From NCBI GenBank assembly GCA_022842165.1, contig JALHQC010000015.1, positions 12,030 through 76,029 on the forward strand: a stretch of DNA of 64,000 bases. The letters run 5' to 3'. Position 1 is the first letter of the stretch; each line of letters starts with the position of its first letter. The notes beneath the pieces are model-generated. The model saw only the letters and a list, made by a program, of their open reading frames with translations, ran no database searches and had not been told where the DNA came from. Below are positions 1 through 10,822 of the stretch, piece by piece. The stretch is from a bacterium. Its GTDB lineage: Bacteria > Pseudomonadota > Alphaproteobacteria > Rhizobiales > Aestuariivirgaceae. The position numbers were made by a program, and so were the translations under genes.

Positions 1-375
1 CTCGCGGATGGGCTTGCCGTTGTCCATCGTCTCCAGCACGGAAAGAAAGCGTTCGCGCTTCTGGATCAGGCGGGCGATCGCATAGAGATGGGTGGCGCGG
101 ACATGGCCCGCCAGCCTCGACCATGTGTTGAAAGCCTTGCGTGCCGCTTTGACCGCGGCATCGACATCGGCGGCGGAACCTCGTGCCACGCGAGCCAGCC
201 TTTCGCCATCGGCTGGATTCATCACGTCGAAGGTGGCGGATGAGGCCACGAAAGCACCACCGATGAAATGGCCGAAGCCCCTCTCGTGCGACTGCAGCCA
301 GTTGGTGATGTGGCTGCTGGCTTCCGGCGCCGGACCGTATTCCATGGTGTCGAGTATCTCTTTGACGCTGGGCAT
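1..375 (-). CDS. Aldehyde dehydrogenase family protein, N-terminal part (runs off the window edge)
   Basis: Manual translation, absent from the track: MPSVKEILDTMEYGPAPE...FDVMNPADGERLARVARGSAADVDAAVKAARKAF...LETMDNGKPIRE, a typical ALDH N-terminus. Starts 9 nt after the deoC stop. Confidence 0.9.
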   Translation of the reverse strand, partial: MPSVKEILDTMEYGPAPEASSHITNWLQSHERGFGHFIGGAFVASSATFDVMNPADGERLARVARGSAADVDAAVKAARKAFNTWSRLAGHVRATHLYAIARLIQKRERFLSVLETMDNGKPIRE

Positions 376-384
376 CGGATTTCC

Positions 385-1374
385 TCAGGCGAGAGCGTGA
401 TGGGTGAGGGCCGCGTAACGCCCAGTGACGTGGTGCTCGAGCTGGCGTTCGATGTCGGCCAGCATCGAGGACGCACCAATGCGGAACAGGTCAGGCTCCA
501 GCCAGCGGCGGCCCAGTTCTTCCTTCATCAGGATCAGCCAGCTGATCGCATCCTTTGCGGTTTTCAGTCCGCCGGCGGGCTTGAAGCCGACCTTGAAGCC
601 TGACAGTTCGCCATAGTCTCTCAGTGCACGGACCATGGTGAGGCTGACGGGCAAGGTGGCGTTGACATCCTCCTTGCCGGTGGAGGTCTTGATGAAGTCG
701 GCACCTGCCTGCATTGCCACCATCGAGGCCTTGTAGACGTTGCGGAGCGTTTTCAGGTCGCCAGTCGCCAGAATGGCCTTCATGTGGGCTTCGCCACAGG
801 CCTCGCGCATGGTGGCGACTTCATCGTAAAGCGCTGCCCAGTCTTGCGTGAGGACCTGCGCGCGGTGGATGACGATGTCGATTTCCTGCGCGCCCTCGCC
901 GGCCGCATAGCGGATTTCCGCGAGGCGTTGCGGCAGGGGCGTGAGGCCGGCGGGGAATCCGGTGGCGACGGAGGCCACAGGTATGCCGGAGCCTTCCAAT
1001 GCCTTCACAGCCGGAGGAATCATGGCAGGATAGACGCAGACGGCGCCCACTTTTGGCGGTGCATCGGCGAGACCCAGCGCTTCCACGATGTCGTCACGCA
1101 GCGGGCGCCTGGCCTTGGCGCAGAGGCGGCGCACGCGGCCCGGCGTGTCATCTCCCGCAAGCGTGGTGAGGTCGATGCATTGCAGCGCCTTCACCAGCCA
1201 GGCGGCCTGATAGTCCTTCTTTACCGTGCGGCGCGTTCCCAGGGTAGCGGCGCGGCGTTCGGCGGCCGACAGATTGACCTGCACATCCTCAAACCAGTCG
1301 CGGTTGAGCTTTGTGCCCGGGTTGCGCTCGACGGGCGCGAAGGCGGCACCCTTGACGGGGCGAAGTTCATTCAT
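385..1374 (-). CDS. deoC: Deoxyribose-phosphate aldolase
   Basis: IDLTTL, EIDIV, ADFIKTSTGK and GFKPAGG motifs; GAGGAGG RBS upstream. Confidence 0.92.
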   Translation of the reverse strand: MNELRPVKGAAFAPVERNPGTKLNRDWFEDVQVNLSAAERRAATLGTRRTVKKDYQAAWLVKALQCIDLTTLAGDDTPGRVRRLCAKARRPLRDDIVEALGLADAPPKVGAVCVYPAMIPPAVKALEGSGIPVASVATGFPAGLTPLPQRLAEIRYAAGEGAQEIDIVIHRAQVLTQDWAALYDEVATMREACGEAHMKAILATGDLKTLRNVYKASMVAMQAGADFIKTSTGKEDVNATLPVSLTMVRALRDYGELSGFKVGFKPAGGLKTAKDAISWLILMKEELGRRWLEPDLFRIGASSMLADIERQLEHHVTGRYAALTHHALA

Positions 1375-1440
1375 GACACATACCTCCTCACGGCGTGTGG
1401 CCGCGAAACTTCAAGCCGACAGCTTACCGGACATTGCCTT

Positions 1441-2274
1441 TCAGGTGAAGGAGATGGCTTTGAAGCGTTTCGTCTGCTCGACCAAAGCCACCTCGGTGGG
1501 AAGACGTTCCATCGAGGACGCACCATAGAAGCCGTGGCAGTTCCTGGTGTTCTTCAGGATATACTCGGCATCATCCGGCATCGAGACGGGGCCGCCGTGG
1601 ACGATGACGATCGCATCCTTGTTCACTTTCAGCGCAGCTTCCGCCCATTCATCGACAAGGGCCGGGCAATCCTTCAGTTTCAGAGCGGTCTTCGAACCGA
1701 TGGAGCCTCCAGTGGTAAGACCCAGATGGCAGACGATGATATCGGCTCCAGCTTCCGCCATCGCTGCGGCTTCCCCCGCGTTGAAGGCATAGGGCGTCGT
1801 CAGCATGGCTTTCGAGTTTGCCAGCCGGATCAGGTCGACTTCCAATCCGTAGGACATGCCGGTTTCCTCAAGGTTGGCGCGCAGGATGCCGTCGATGAGG
1901 CCTACCGTCGGGAAATTCTGGATTCCGGAGAAGCCGATGGCCTTCAAGTCGTCGAGGAACTTGTCGAAGATGCAGAACGGGTCGGTGCCGTTGACGCCGG
2001 CCAGCACCGGCGTGCGTTTCGTGACAGGGAGCACTTCGCGCGCCATTTCCATGACGATGTCGTTGGCATTGCCATAGGCGAGGATGCCCGATAGCGAACC
2101 CCGGCCCGCCATGCGGTATCGCCCGGAATTATAGATCACCATCAGGTCGATGCCGCCTTCTTCCTCGCATTTGGCGGAAAGGCCGGTACCCGCCCCGCCG
2201 CCAACTATGGGGACGCGGCGGCGTTTCATGTCCTGAAATTTTTCCATGAGGGCCTGGCGTTCGAAACGGGGCAA
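1441..2274 (-). CDS. Phosphoenolpyruvate hydrolase family / TIM-barrel signal transduction protein
   Basis: [41 protein letters not shown] and [12 protein letters not shown] motifs; TTG start at 2274 with GGAG RBS chosen over the track start. Confidence 0.85.
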   Translation of the reverse strand: MPRFERQALMEKFQDMKRRRVPIVGGGAGTGLSAKCEEEGGIDLMVIYNSGRYRMAGRGSLSGILAYGNANDIVMEMAREVLPVTKRTPVLAGVNGTDPFCIFDKFLDDLKAIGFSGIQNFPTVGLIDGILRANLEETGMSYGLEVDLIRLANSKAMLTTPYAFNAGEAAAMAEAGADIIVCHLGLTTGGSIGSKTALKLKDCPALVDEWAEAALKVNKDAIVIVHGGPVSMPDDAEYILKNTRNCHGFYGASSMERLPTEVALVEQTKRFKAISFT

Positions 2275-2352
2275 GGGAATTCTCCATCGGATAACTGGCA
2301 AGTGGGTTATGGAGCGGACAAGGCCGATCTGCAACCCGCGGCCAGAAACGAA

Positions 2353-2378
2353 GCACCCGGCTGTTTCCAGCCGGGTGC
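2353..2378 (-). terminator. Intrinsic terminator-like hairpin after the APC permease
   Basis: 11-bp stem GCACCCGGCTG/CAGCCGGGTGC, GAAA loop on the minus strand, followed by TTCGTTTCT. Confidence 0.7.
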
Positions 2379-2400
2379 AGCAGTGTTGCGCTGTTGGAAG

Positions 2401-4092
2401 CTAGCCCGGAAGCACGAAGAACCAGTTGGCCCACAGCACGACCACCGCACCGGCGGCAAGCGCCAGGTAGGGCAGGATGCCGGCCTTACGTTCGCCCATG
2501 TCGCCTTCGCTCAAGCCCAGTTCCTCAAGCGCGCCCTTGGGGAACTTGCCGCCATCCTGAATGTAATGGCGGTAGTAGAACACCGGCAGGATCAGCGCCG
2601 CGAAGACGAGTCCAGCCCAGAGTGCCGTGTTGTAGCCCCACACCTTCGCGCCGGCGCCGAGGAACAGCGCGTTGACGAAGGCCAGTACTGTGTTGACGCC
2701 GATCAGCACGGTGGGCGCCTTCCAGGGGCGAGCAATGTGACCGGAGTCGATGCGGTGGATCCAGCCGGCATTGAGGTTCAGGAAGTTGAAGATGAGATAG
2801 CCGACGTTGGAAATGGCGAGCACGTAGAAATAGCCCGTCGCATCCGAGGCCAGAGCCAGCAGGAAGAGGTTGAAGACCAGGTCCGTCCACATGGCGCGGG
2901 TGGGTGCGCCGTGCGCGTTCACCTGGGTCAGGTACTTCGGCAGCCAGCCATCCTTTGAGCCCTGATAGAGAGTGCGCGATGAACCGGCCATGGCCGTCAT
3001 GATCGCCAGGAACAAGGCCAGGATCATGAGGATGACCAGCACCTGGGTTACCACCGTGCCGCCCTTGACCATGGCTGCCAGGGCCTCACCCACGCCCAAG
3101 CCGCTGACCACGCCGGGAGCAGTCATGCCCTCGACGCCGTAGAAACCTTGGAATGAGAATGGAATGAGGAAAAAGAAGACGATGCACAGGAGACCCGAGA
3201 AGAAGATGGCCTTGAAAGTATCGGTCTTCGGGTTTTTCAGTTCACGCGTGTAGCAGACAGCAGTTTCGAAACCATAGGTCGACCATGCCGCGATGTAGAG
3301 CCCTCCGAGGAAGAGCGTCCAGCCGCCGACCGACCATGTGCCATCGGATGTCGGCGGAACGAGGCCGGTGACGTTTGCGGCACTGATCGTGCCAGTGAAG
3401 ATCGGCACCAGTCCGACCAGCAGCAGCGGGACGAGGACGATGATTGCCAGCCACTTCTGTGCAGCGGCGGTCTGCGAGATGCCGCGATGCTGAATCCAGA
3501 AGATGATCAACATCAGGATTGCGCCGATCACGAAGGTCGAGTTGAAGTGCAGCGCGCCCAGGCCCGGAATCTGGATCTGCAGCAGTTCCCAAGTCTGTAT
3601 CCATGGCGTTGCCGCGGCGGTGAGCGCGCTCACGGCATCGGCCGCGGTCTTTCCGGCATTGGCAGGATCGGCGAGCCAGGCCAGAACTTCAGGCGCATTC
3701 TCCGCGATGACCGGAACCGGGAACAGCGCATTCAGGATGTAGCCCGCACCAATGGCACAGCCCAGCGACAGGACGGGCGACCACGCAAACCAGTTGCACC
3801 ACACAGACAGTGGCGCGATGAATTTCGAATAGCGCAGCCAGGCCGTCGCGCCATAGACCGAGGCGCCACCTGACTTGTTGCCGAACATACCGGCCATTTC
3901 GGCATAGGTGAAGGATTGCAGGAAGCCCATGGTCATAGAAATGATCCAGACCAGGAAGGCGAGCTTACCCGTTGTGGCGCCGATTCCGCCGATGGAGAAG
4001 AGGACGAGCGGCGGCACGCCGGCGGCCACCCAGAAGGCCCCTCTCCAGTCCAATGCGCGGACGAGTTCGCCCGAGCCTGATTGAGTTGTCAT
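2401..4092 (-). CDS. tmoP: APC-family permease, probable TMAO permease (TmoP-like)
   Basis: Multi-TM APC transporter (AWSTYGFETAVCY, SSRTLYQ); divergent from tdm, and an APC-type TMAO permease is known to accompany tdm; ATG 4092 with GGAGG RBS. Confidence 0.7.
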   Translation of the reverse strand: MTTQSGSGELVRALDWRGAFWVAAGVPPLVLFSIGGIGATTGKLAFLVWIISMTMGFLQSFTYAEMAGMFGNKSGGASVYGATAWLRYSKFIAPLSVWCNWFAWSPVLSLGCAIGAGYILNALFPVPVIAENAPEVLAWLADPANAGKTAADAVSALTAAATPWIQTWELLQIQIPGLGALHFNSTFVIGAILMLIIFWIQHRGISQTAAAQKWLAIIVLVPLLLVGLVPIFTGTISAANVTGLVPPTSDGTWSVGGWTLFLGGLYIAAWSTYGFETAVCYTRELKNPKTDTFKAIFFSGLLCIVFFFLIPFSFQGFYGVEGMTAPGVVSGLGVGEALAAMVKGGTVVTQVLVILMILALFLAIMTAMAGSSRTLYQGSKDGWLPKYLTQVNAHGAPTRAMWTDLVFNLFLLALASDATGYFYVLAISNVGYLIFNFLNLNAGWIHRIDSGHIARPWKAPTVLIGVNTVLAFVNALFLGAGAKVWGYNTALWAGLVFAALILPVFYYRHYIQDGGKFPKGALEELGLSEGDMGERKAGILPYLALAAGAVVVLWANWFFVLPG

Positions 4093-4366
4093 GTGTTTCC
4101 TCCATTGAACCCGATTTCCATTGCCGCGAAGGCCCTTGTCACCTCTCCGGGTGCTATGGGCCTCACGATGGTAAAAAAGGTCGCGGGAGTGCTGGCACAA
4201 ATGGCACCGGCGCTTCCCCCTCTCCTTATCCCCAGGAAATATTTTTTAATGCCATTATATCGACGGTCAAGCGGAACTGTGAGATATTCCTTTGAAATCG
4301 CCTGCAGGATTGCCAATTCCCGGTCTCAGCGCCTCACGACCCGGCATGTTTGAAAGTTGACAGAGC

Positions 4367-6730
4367 ATGAATGTCTTGCCGCACCGCAGCACGGCCCCTG
4401 CGCCCAGCCGGATCTTACGGCCGGGTACTAGGATGCTACCGCTGGGCCACGAACGTTACATCGTGGCCGGCGGCGGTTCGCTGGTTGCCGATGTGCGGAC
4501 GGGCGACATCGTCACGTTGACGGACATCGAAGGCGGCCAAGTGTGTGAAGTGGCATTCTGCGATGCGCAGGGGCGATTCGATGCCGGTGGCCTTGGCGCC
4601 AGGGCCGAGAGTTCCGGCGACGGGCTGAAAGCGATGCTATCGCGAAACAGCGAAAGCGCGCGGCGGACGGTGGCAGCCCTCAAACGGCGCAACATCGACT
4701 TGGGCCAGGCGCAGACAGTGCGGCTGTTCGGCTCCCACAGCTTGCCGCGCAGTGCCGCGAGCCTTGTTGCCTCGCGCGACGGGGTGTTGATCGTGGCGGC
4801 TCCGGCGCCCGAAATGCTGCCCGATACGCAGGATACGGCAACCGACATCGAACTTCGGATCGCGCGGGCAAACCCCAAGGCGAAATCGTTACTGAGCGAC
4901 TTGCCGGAGCCCCTTGCCGACCCGCTGCAAGACATTCGCGTCAAGGCGGCGACAGCGCGGGCCTATGAGGTGAAGGCGGGTGAATTCATCCAGATCATCG
5001 ACGTTTCCGGACGGCAGATGACGGATTTCCAGTGCTTCTCGGCCAGGAAGCTCGACAAAGGCATCGAGAACGCGCTCGACGCGACAGTGACGCGCACATT
5101 GACGGGCCGTGCCTACCCCACGCCCGGCTTGCCGTCAAAAGCCTTTGGCTTCGATTTCGAGCCGATGGTGGAGGTGATCCAGGATACCTGCGGGCGGCAT
5201 GATGCTTTCGCCACAGCATGCAACTCTCGCTACTATGACGACGTCGGATATCCGGGCCACATCAATTGCACAGATAACTTCAACTATGCGCTGGACCCAT
5301 ACGGCATTGCCAAGCGGCGCGGCTGGGAAGCACTGAACTTCTTCTACAACACGCGGATGGACCACTCGAACGCGATCGTTTCGGATGAGGCATGGTCGCG
5401 CGCCGGCGACTATGTGATGGTACGCGCGCTGACAGACCTCGTGTGCGTCACCTCCTCCTGCCCCGACGATATCGATCCCGGAAATGGCTGGGACCCGACC
5501 GACATTCACGTCCGCACCTATGCGGCAACCGAAAAATTCTCCAGAGCAGTGGCTTATCGCATGACACCCGAAGCAGATGCGCAGATGACGCGCGAGACCG
5601 CCTTCCATCCGCGCTTTTCGGCGCTGACGCGGAACTATACGGAGTATCGCGGCTACTGGCTGCCGAACCGCTTCAACAACGACGGGCCGATCGAGGAATA
5701 CTGGGCGGCGCGCGAGAAATGCGTGGTGCTGGATCTATCGCCCTTGCGCAAGTTCGAGGTGACGGGACCTGATGCCGAGGCACTCTTGCAGTATTGCCTG
5801 ACGCGCGACATCCGCAAGCTTTCCACCGGTCAGGTCGTCTATTCCGCCATGTGCTACGAGAACGGCGGCATGATCGACGATGGCACGGTGTTCCGCCTGG
5901 GGCAGAACAATTTCCGTTGGATCGGCGGAGACGATTATTCCGGCATCTGGCTGCGCGAGCAGGCGGAGAAGATGGGTTACAAGGCGTGGGTGCGCTCCTC
6001 CACGGACCAGTTGCACAATATCGCGGTTCAGGGACCGAACAGCCGCGAACTGATGAAGGAAATCATCTGGACGGCGCCGGCGCAGACCGCGATCGGCGAG
6101 CTGGAATGGTTCCGGTTCGCGGTCGGCCGCATCGGGCATTTCGAGGGGCCGCCGCTGGTTGTTTCGCGGACGGGCTATACGGGCGAACTCGGCTATGAAA
6201 TCTTCTGCCACCCGAAGGATGCGGTGGCCGTATTCGACGCAGTGTGGGAGGCGGGCCAGAAATACGGTTTGAGGCCCATGGGCCTCGAAGCCCTCGACAT
6301 GGTGCGGATCGAGGCCGGATTGATCTTCGCCAACTACGAATTCACATCAGAGACCGATCCGTTTGAAGCTGGCATCGGCTTCACCGTGCCGCTGAAGACC
6401 AAGGCAGATGACTTCATCGGCAAGCAGGCGCTGATCGAGCGGAAGGACCATCCGCGGCGAAAACTCGTCGGACTTGAGATCGATGCCAATGATGCCGTGG
6501 GGCACGGCGACAGCGTGCACATCGGGCGGGCACAGGTGGGCGTCATTACCAGCGGCATGCGTTCGCCCATCCTGGGCAAGAACATTGCACTGGCGCGCGT
6601 CGATGCGCTGAATGCGGACATCGGCACGGAGGTGGAGATCGGCAAGCTCGATGGCCATGCCAAGCGGCTTCCCGCGCGCATCGTGAAGTTCGCGCACTAC
6701 GACCCTGAAAAAAAGCGGCCACGAAGTTAA
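4367..6730 (+). CDS. tdm: Trimethylamine N-oxide demethylase (DUF1989 + GcvT-like aminomethyltransferase)
   Basis: Duplicated DUF1989 region with ACNSRYY, HINCTDN and SSCPDD cysteines, then a GcvT fold (DLSPLRKF, SRTGYTGELGYEI, RIEAG); next to tmm. Confidence 0.85.
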   Translation: MNVLPHRSTAPAPSRILRPGTRMLPLGHERYIVAGGGSLVADVRTGDIVTLTDIEGGQVCEVAFCDAQGRFDAGGLGARAESSGDGLKAMLSRNSESARRTVAALKRRNIDLGQAQTVRLFGSHSLPRSAASLVASRDGVLIVAAPAPEMLPDTQDTATDIELRIARANPKAKSLLSDLPEPLADPLQDIRVKAATARAYEVKAGEFIQIIDVSGRQMTDFQCFSARKLDKGIENALDATVTRTLTGRAYPTPGLPSKAFGFDFEPMVEVIQDTCGRHDAFATACNSRYYDDVGYPGHINCTDNFNYALDPYGIAKRRGWEALNFFYNTRMDHSNAIVSDEAWSRAGDYVMVRALTDLVCVTSSCPDDIDPGNGWDPTDIHVRTYAATEKFSRAVAYRMTPEADAQMTRETAFHPRFSALTRNYTEYRGYWLPNRFNNDGPIEEYWAAREKCVVLDLSPLRKFEVTGPDAEALLQYCLTRDIRKLSTGQVVYSAMCYENGGMIDDGTVFRLGQNNFRWIGGDDYSGIWLREQAEKMGYKAWVRSSTDQLHNIAVQGPNSRELMKEIIWTAPAQTAIGELEWFRFAVGRIGHFEGPPLVVSRTGYTGELGYEIFCHPKDAVAVFDAVWEAGQKYGLRPMGLEALDMVRIEAGLIFANYEFTSETDPFEAGIGFTVPLKTKADDFIGKQALIERKDHPRRKLVGLEIDANDAVGHGDSVHIGRAQVGVITSGMRSPILGKNIALARVDALNADIGTEVEIGKLDGHAKRLPARIVKFAHYDPEKKRPRS

Positions 6731-6763
6731 GAAGCATTCCTCGAGACCAAGAGGACGAAACAA

Positions 6764-6790
6764 AAATGGCCGGGTTTTTCCCGGCCATTT
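6764..6790. terminator. Bidirectional terminator between convergent tdm and tmm
   Basis: Perfect 11-bp inverted repeat AAATGGCCGGG-TTTTT-CCCGGCCATTT. Confidence 0.8.
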
Positions 6791-6811
6791 GCTATTCAGT
6801 AGCGCTGGTCC

Positions 6812-8152
6812 TCAGGCGTTTCTGAGATAGGCTTCCATGGAATCGTCGAGCTCGTCCTTCCATGGCGTGTGATGCTTCGGGCTCATGGTGCCGGTCATCA
6901 GCGAGGCATAGGAATTGTTCCGGAAGCCCATGATGTCGTCCATCTTGTGGTGTTCCCAGACCATGAAGGTCTTGTTCACGGCTTCGATATCGAAGGTCGG
7001 GTAGTCCGTCGCCTCGATCAGTTCCTTCACATAATCGCCCTGGAACCAGATCATCTGCTCGGCATCGGCCAGCTTCTCTTCACGCTTCAGCCACTTCTTC
7101 CAGTCCTTCTTCATGGCGTCCGCCTTCGGCAGCTTGATGCGGCCGAGGATGATGTCGCGAACGTACCAGGCTTGTGCGTCGAACATGTTGAAGGTGTAGA
7201 ACTGGTCCTGCATGCCGATGTAGAAGAACTTCGGATTGTCTTGCCACACCACGCCCTTGTAGAGATTGGGCGGCCACATGCGGTTCGCGGTCTTCAGGCG
7301 GAGGTCTTCCGGCAGATAGGGGAAATAGTGCTGATAGCCGGTGCAGAGGATGATGGCGTCCACGTCTTTCGTGGAACCGTCCTTGAAGTAGGCAGTCTTG
7401 CCTTCGACCTTCTGGAGCAATGGGCGCTCTTCGAAGTTCTTCGGCCACTTGAAGCCCATGGGCTTCGAACGGTAGGTGGTCGTCACCGACTTTGCGCCAT
7501 ACTTCCAGCATTGCGAGCCGATATCTTCCGCCGAATAGCTTCTGCCGACGATCAGGATATCCTTGCCCTTGAATTCCAGCGCGTCGCGGAAATCATGGGC
7601 GTGGAGAACACGGCCATTGAACGTGTCGAGACCCGGGAAGAACGGCACCTGCGGCGTCGAGAAATGGCCTGACGCGCAGATGACGTAGTCGAATTCCTCC
7701 GTCGTCATGATGTCCTTCGGACGGTTGTGCGACGTCACCAGGAACTTCTTCTTTTTCTTGTCGTAGTTGACCATGCGCACTGGCGTGTTGAAGCGGATCC
7801 ACTTGCGTACGCCGGCCTTCTTCACACGGCCGACGATATAGTCCCACAGCACGGCGCGCGGCGGATAGGAGGCGATGGGCTTTCCGAAATGCTCTTCGAA
7901 GGTGTAATCGGCAAATTCGAGGCACTCCTTCGGCCCGTTGGACCACAGGTAGCGGTACATCGAGCAGTGGACGGGTTCACCGTACTCATCGAGCCCGGTG
8001 CGCCAGGTGTATTTCCACAACCCGCCCCAATCATCCTGCTTCTCGAAACAGACGACTTCCGGAATCTTCGCGCCCTTCTTCTTCGCCGACTGGAAGGCGC
8101 GAAGAGCCGCGAGGCCGGACGGACCGGCACCGATCACTGCAACACGAGTCAT
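6812..8152 (-). CDS. tmm: Trimethylamine monooxygenase (flavin-containing monooxygenase)
   Basis: GAGPSG FAD motif, [24 protein letters not shown], FxGxxxHxxxF signature ([11 protein letters not shown]), CTGY. Confidence 0.9.
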   Translation of the reverse strand: MTRVAVIGAGPSGLAALRAFQSAKKKGAKIPEVVCFEKQDDWGGLWKYTWRTGLDEYGEPVHCSMYRYLWSNGPKECLEFADYTFEEHFGKPIASYPPRAVLWDYIVGRVKKAGVRKWIRFNTPVRMVNYDKKKKKFLVTSHNRPKDIMTTEEFDYVICASGHFSTPQVPFFPGLDTFNGRVLHAHDFRDALEFKGKDILIVGRSYSAEDIGSQCWKYGAKSVTTTYRSKPMGFKWPKNFEERPLLQKVEGKTAYFKDGSTKDVDAIILCTGYQHYFPYLPEDLRLKTANRMWPPNLYKGVVWQDNPKFFYIGMQDQFYTFNMFDAQAWYVRDIILGRIKLPKADAMKKDWKKWLKREEKLADAEQMIWFQGDYVKELIEATDYPTFDIEAVNKTFMVWEHHKMDDIMGFRNNSYASLMTGTMSPKHHTPWKDELDDSMEAYLRNA

Positions 8153-8188
8153 TTATTCTCCCTCAGTTTATTGTTGTATTGCCTGCCA

Positions 8189-9232
8189 TCATTCCGGAAA
8201 AATGCCAGGGCTGGTCGGCTGGCCGTCATCATATTTCGAAAGCCACTCCACCGTGGTGGGGCGGTAGCGCGTCAGGCCCTTGTAATCGATGAGTTCGGGC
8301 GGCAGGTCGCGCAGCACGCGGTGGAAGCGGCGGCCCCATTTGGGAACGGTAACCAGCTCTTCCATCTTGATCAGATAGCAGCGGATGACGAAAAGGATGG
8401 CATTCGAGCGCGGCAGGCGCCACAGGCTTTGCAGCTCGCAGCGGAGATGCACCTTGTTGCCGACGTTCTCAGGCGTCACCGTCATGCGATCCCTCCCCCA
8501 CTTGTGATAATTCTCGGGAGAGGTGTCGAGGCGGGGATTGATGGTCATCGTCCAGTTCAGCCGCCGGACCGGCTTGCCGAGTTGGAGGTTCAGAAGGAAT
8601 TTCAGCGCGCGGTCGAAAACGCCCATCTCGTGGGCCAGCGGCACGGGACCGTGCCACTCCATGAAATTCATGCCGATGTCGAAATCGAGCGACCAGTCGG
8701 CCTGCGTCGTCACCATGCCGGCATCGCACCAGAGATTGTTGTCGCGCTGGTCGACAATGACGAAATCGCCCTGTGCCTGGCGCGTGATGAATTCCAAAGG
8801 CTCCATCGGCAGCGACGCGGCATCGCCAAAAGTGAATTTCTGGTCGATGCCGAGCGGACGGTTGATCCAGTGCCAGTTGCCGCCATCCTTCGTCAGCGAG
8901 AAATGTTCAGGATAGGAGGCAGCCTGATGCTCCATCAGGAGTTCGAGCGTATCCCACTGCGCCGCCATCATGTGGGGCAGCGCCTGATAGCGGAGCGGGT
9001 CTTCCTTCAGCACCTGCTCCCGGTCGCGCATTTCGGAGACGTAGTGTTCGTCGACATCGATGGGGTTGTTGTAGGCGTGGCCCGGCGGGCCGGCGGGCAC
9101 ATGCGGTTCCATGTTGACGGCATACATGTACTTGTCGTCATGGAAAGGGAAGGGAAAGCGGCGGATCGCTTCCGGGCTATTGCGGAACGTGAAATCGTTC
9201 CTGAAGGTCTCGGTCTTGAAAGTGATGTTCAT
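8189..9232 (-). CDS. dmmC: Dimethylamine monooxygenase heme subunit (DUF3445 / heme-dependent oxidative N-demethylase alpha)
   Basis: EAIRRFPFPF, QADWSLDFDIGM..EWHGPVP and PVRRLNW motifs; last gene of the dmmD-A-B-C order. Confidence 0.8.
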   Translation of the reverse strand: MNITFKTETFRNDFTFRNSPEAIRRFPFPFHDDKYMYAVNMEPHVPAGPPGHAYNNPIDVDEHYVSEMRDREQVLKEDPLRYQALPHMMAAQWDTLELLMEHQAASYPEHFSLTKDGGNWHWINRPLGIDQKFTFGDAASLPMEPLEFITRQAQGDFVIVDQRDNNLWCDAGMVTTQADWSLDFDIGMNFMEWHGPVPLAHEMGVFDRALKFLLNLQLGKPVRRLNWTMTINPRLDTSPENYHKWGRDRMTVTPENVGNKVHLRCELQSLWRLPRSNAILFVIRCYLIKMEELVTVPKWGRRFHRVLRDLPPELIDYKGLTRYRPTTVEWLSKYDDGQPTSPGIFPE

Positions 9233-9245
9233 GGCGGGTCCTCTC

Positions 9246-10211
9246 CTAGAGATCGAGCGTGATCCCGTTGCCCTTGATGCGCGAGACGCAAATCATGATC
9301 TTTCTTCCGGATGCCTTTTCCTCAGGCTCCAGAAAATGGTCATTATGCTCAATTTCGCCATCGCAGGCGATGACCTGGGTTTCGCATTGCCCGCAGGCAC
9401 CGCCACGGCAGAGGTAGGGCGCATCGATACCGGCGGCTTCGACGGCTTCCAGAATGCTCTGGTGAGCGGCGACCTCGATTCCGCGTTTCGATTTCACAAG
9501 CTCTGCCGTGAAAGGCTTGCCAATGGGCGGGGCGAGGAACTCCTCGGAATGAAGGTTCTGCTTCGGCCAGCCCTGCTTCACAGCGGTGCCCAGAACGCCA
9601 TTGATCATGCCGGCGGGACCGCAGACATAGAGATGCGTTCCGAGCGGCTGGTTCTCGAGAATCGATTGGACGGGAATGAAGAGCTTTTCCTCATCGCAAT
9701 AGATCTTTACGCGGTGGGCGCCGTAACGCTGCACGAGTTCCTTCCAGTAGGCGCCGTGAGTGCGGGTGCGCACGGCATAATGGAGTTCGAATACCCTGCC
9801 CTCGCGGTCCATCTGGTCCATCATGGCGATGAAGGGCGTGATACCGATGCCCCCCGCCATCATGATGTGCTTCTTGCCGCGATGATCATAGGCGAAGAGA
9901 TTGACGGGCTGGCTGAGGGTGAGCGTGTCGCCTGCCTTCAGCTTTTCGTGCAGGAAGGCGGAGCCGCCGCGCGACTGCTCAACGCGGAGCACGCTGATTT
10001 CATAGGCACTCGTATCGAGCGGCGAGGACATCAGCGAATAGGGATTGCGGCGCAGCACGCTGCCGTCGCGCATCGAGACGATCACATGCGCGCCGCCCGA
10101 AAAGATCGGCATGGGCTGACCGTCGCTGCGTTCGAAACGGAAGCGCTTCACCTTGTCCGCAACCTGGGTGACCTTCGCGACACGGACCTGCATTTCGGTG
10201 TTGATCGTCAC
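9246..10211 (-). CDS. dmmB: PDR/VanB-family reductase, dimethylamine monooxygenase reductase subunit
   Basis: RNPYSL, GGIGITP, HLYVCGP, [2Fe-2S] CRGGACGQC..C; GTG start at 10211 overlaps the dmmA stop (GTGA). Confidence 0.8.
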   Translation of the reverse strand: MTINTEMQVRVAKVTQVADKVKRFRFERSDGQPMPIFSGGAHVIVSMRDGSVLRRNPYSLMSSPLDTSAYEISVLRVEQSRGGSAFLHEKLKAGDTLTLSQPVNLFAYDHRGKKHIMMAGGIGITPFIAMMDQMDREGRVFELHYAVRTRTHGAYWKELVQRYGAHRVKIYCDEEKLFIPVQSILENQPLGTHLYVCGPAGMINGVLGTAVKQGWPKQNLHSEEFLAPPIGKPFTAELVKSKRGIEVAAHQSILEAVEAAGIDAPYLCRGGACGQCETQVIACDGEIEHNDHFLEPEEKASGRKIMICVSRIKGNGITLDL

Positions 10212-10813
10212 GGGAAAAGCTCCTCCGGCGGGGGGGCCGTGCCCGGCTCCTCGGCATCGATGCACACGCCCTGGAATGCGCCGATGCGGCGGGAGTAGTG
10301 ATCGCGGACCAGAAGCGAAAGGCCACAATGGGTGCAGGTGAAAGGGCTGGTTCTCACGCTGTCGGTGATGCCCTTGCAATGAACGCATTGCACGCGGCGT
10401 GCGGCCGAGCCACGGTGTTCGGTGAAGATCGAAGCCTGGTCGACGCCATGGTTCATTGCCACCTGCATGGCCTGACCGATGAAACCCTCGGTGCCCGAAA
10501 CATACATCCGGGTACCCATCTTCGCCTGCCCCAGCACGGCATTGAAGCGATTGAGAAGGACGGGAATGGTTGGCGCCGTCCACAGATCATGAGGGTTCAG
10601 GGCCGCGAGTTTCCGGTCGTGATCTTCCGCTCTCGAACCTGTCGCGACATAGAGGATTTCCGTCTTCTCGAGAAAGTCCTGCCCGGCGGATTTTACCTGA
10701 TCGAGAAGCGCCAGCGCCCCTTCGCCCTCAAGGGCGAAGAGGTGCCGCCGTGCATTGGGATCGATGTTCAAACCGCTGTAGACCGGACGGCTCTTGATGC
10801 CTGCAACGAGCAT
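10208..10813 (-). CDS. dmmA: Dimethylamine monooxygenase subunit DmmA family
   Basis: IKSRPVY N-terminus; RRVQCVHCKG and CTHCGLSLLVRDHYSRRIGAFQGVC C-terminal CxxC pairs; lies between dmmD and dmmB. Confidence 0.78.
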   Translation of the reverse strand: MLVAGIKSRPVYSGLNIDPNARRHLFALEGEGALALLDQVKSAGQDFLEKTEILYVATGSRAEDHDRKLAALNPHDLWTAPTIPVLLNRFNAVLGQAKMGTRMYVSGTEGFIGQAMQVAMNHGVDQASIFTEHRGSAARRVQCVHCKGITDSVRTSPFTCTHCGLSLLVRDHYSRRIGAFQGVCIDAEEPGTAPPPEELFP

Positions 10814-10822
10814 GCGTGTTCC

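Noticed and set aside
2319-2340. Sigma54-like TGGC...TTGCA upstream of the PEP-hydrolase gene
   Set aside because: GG-GC spacing is one base short of the strict -24/-12 requirement
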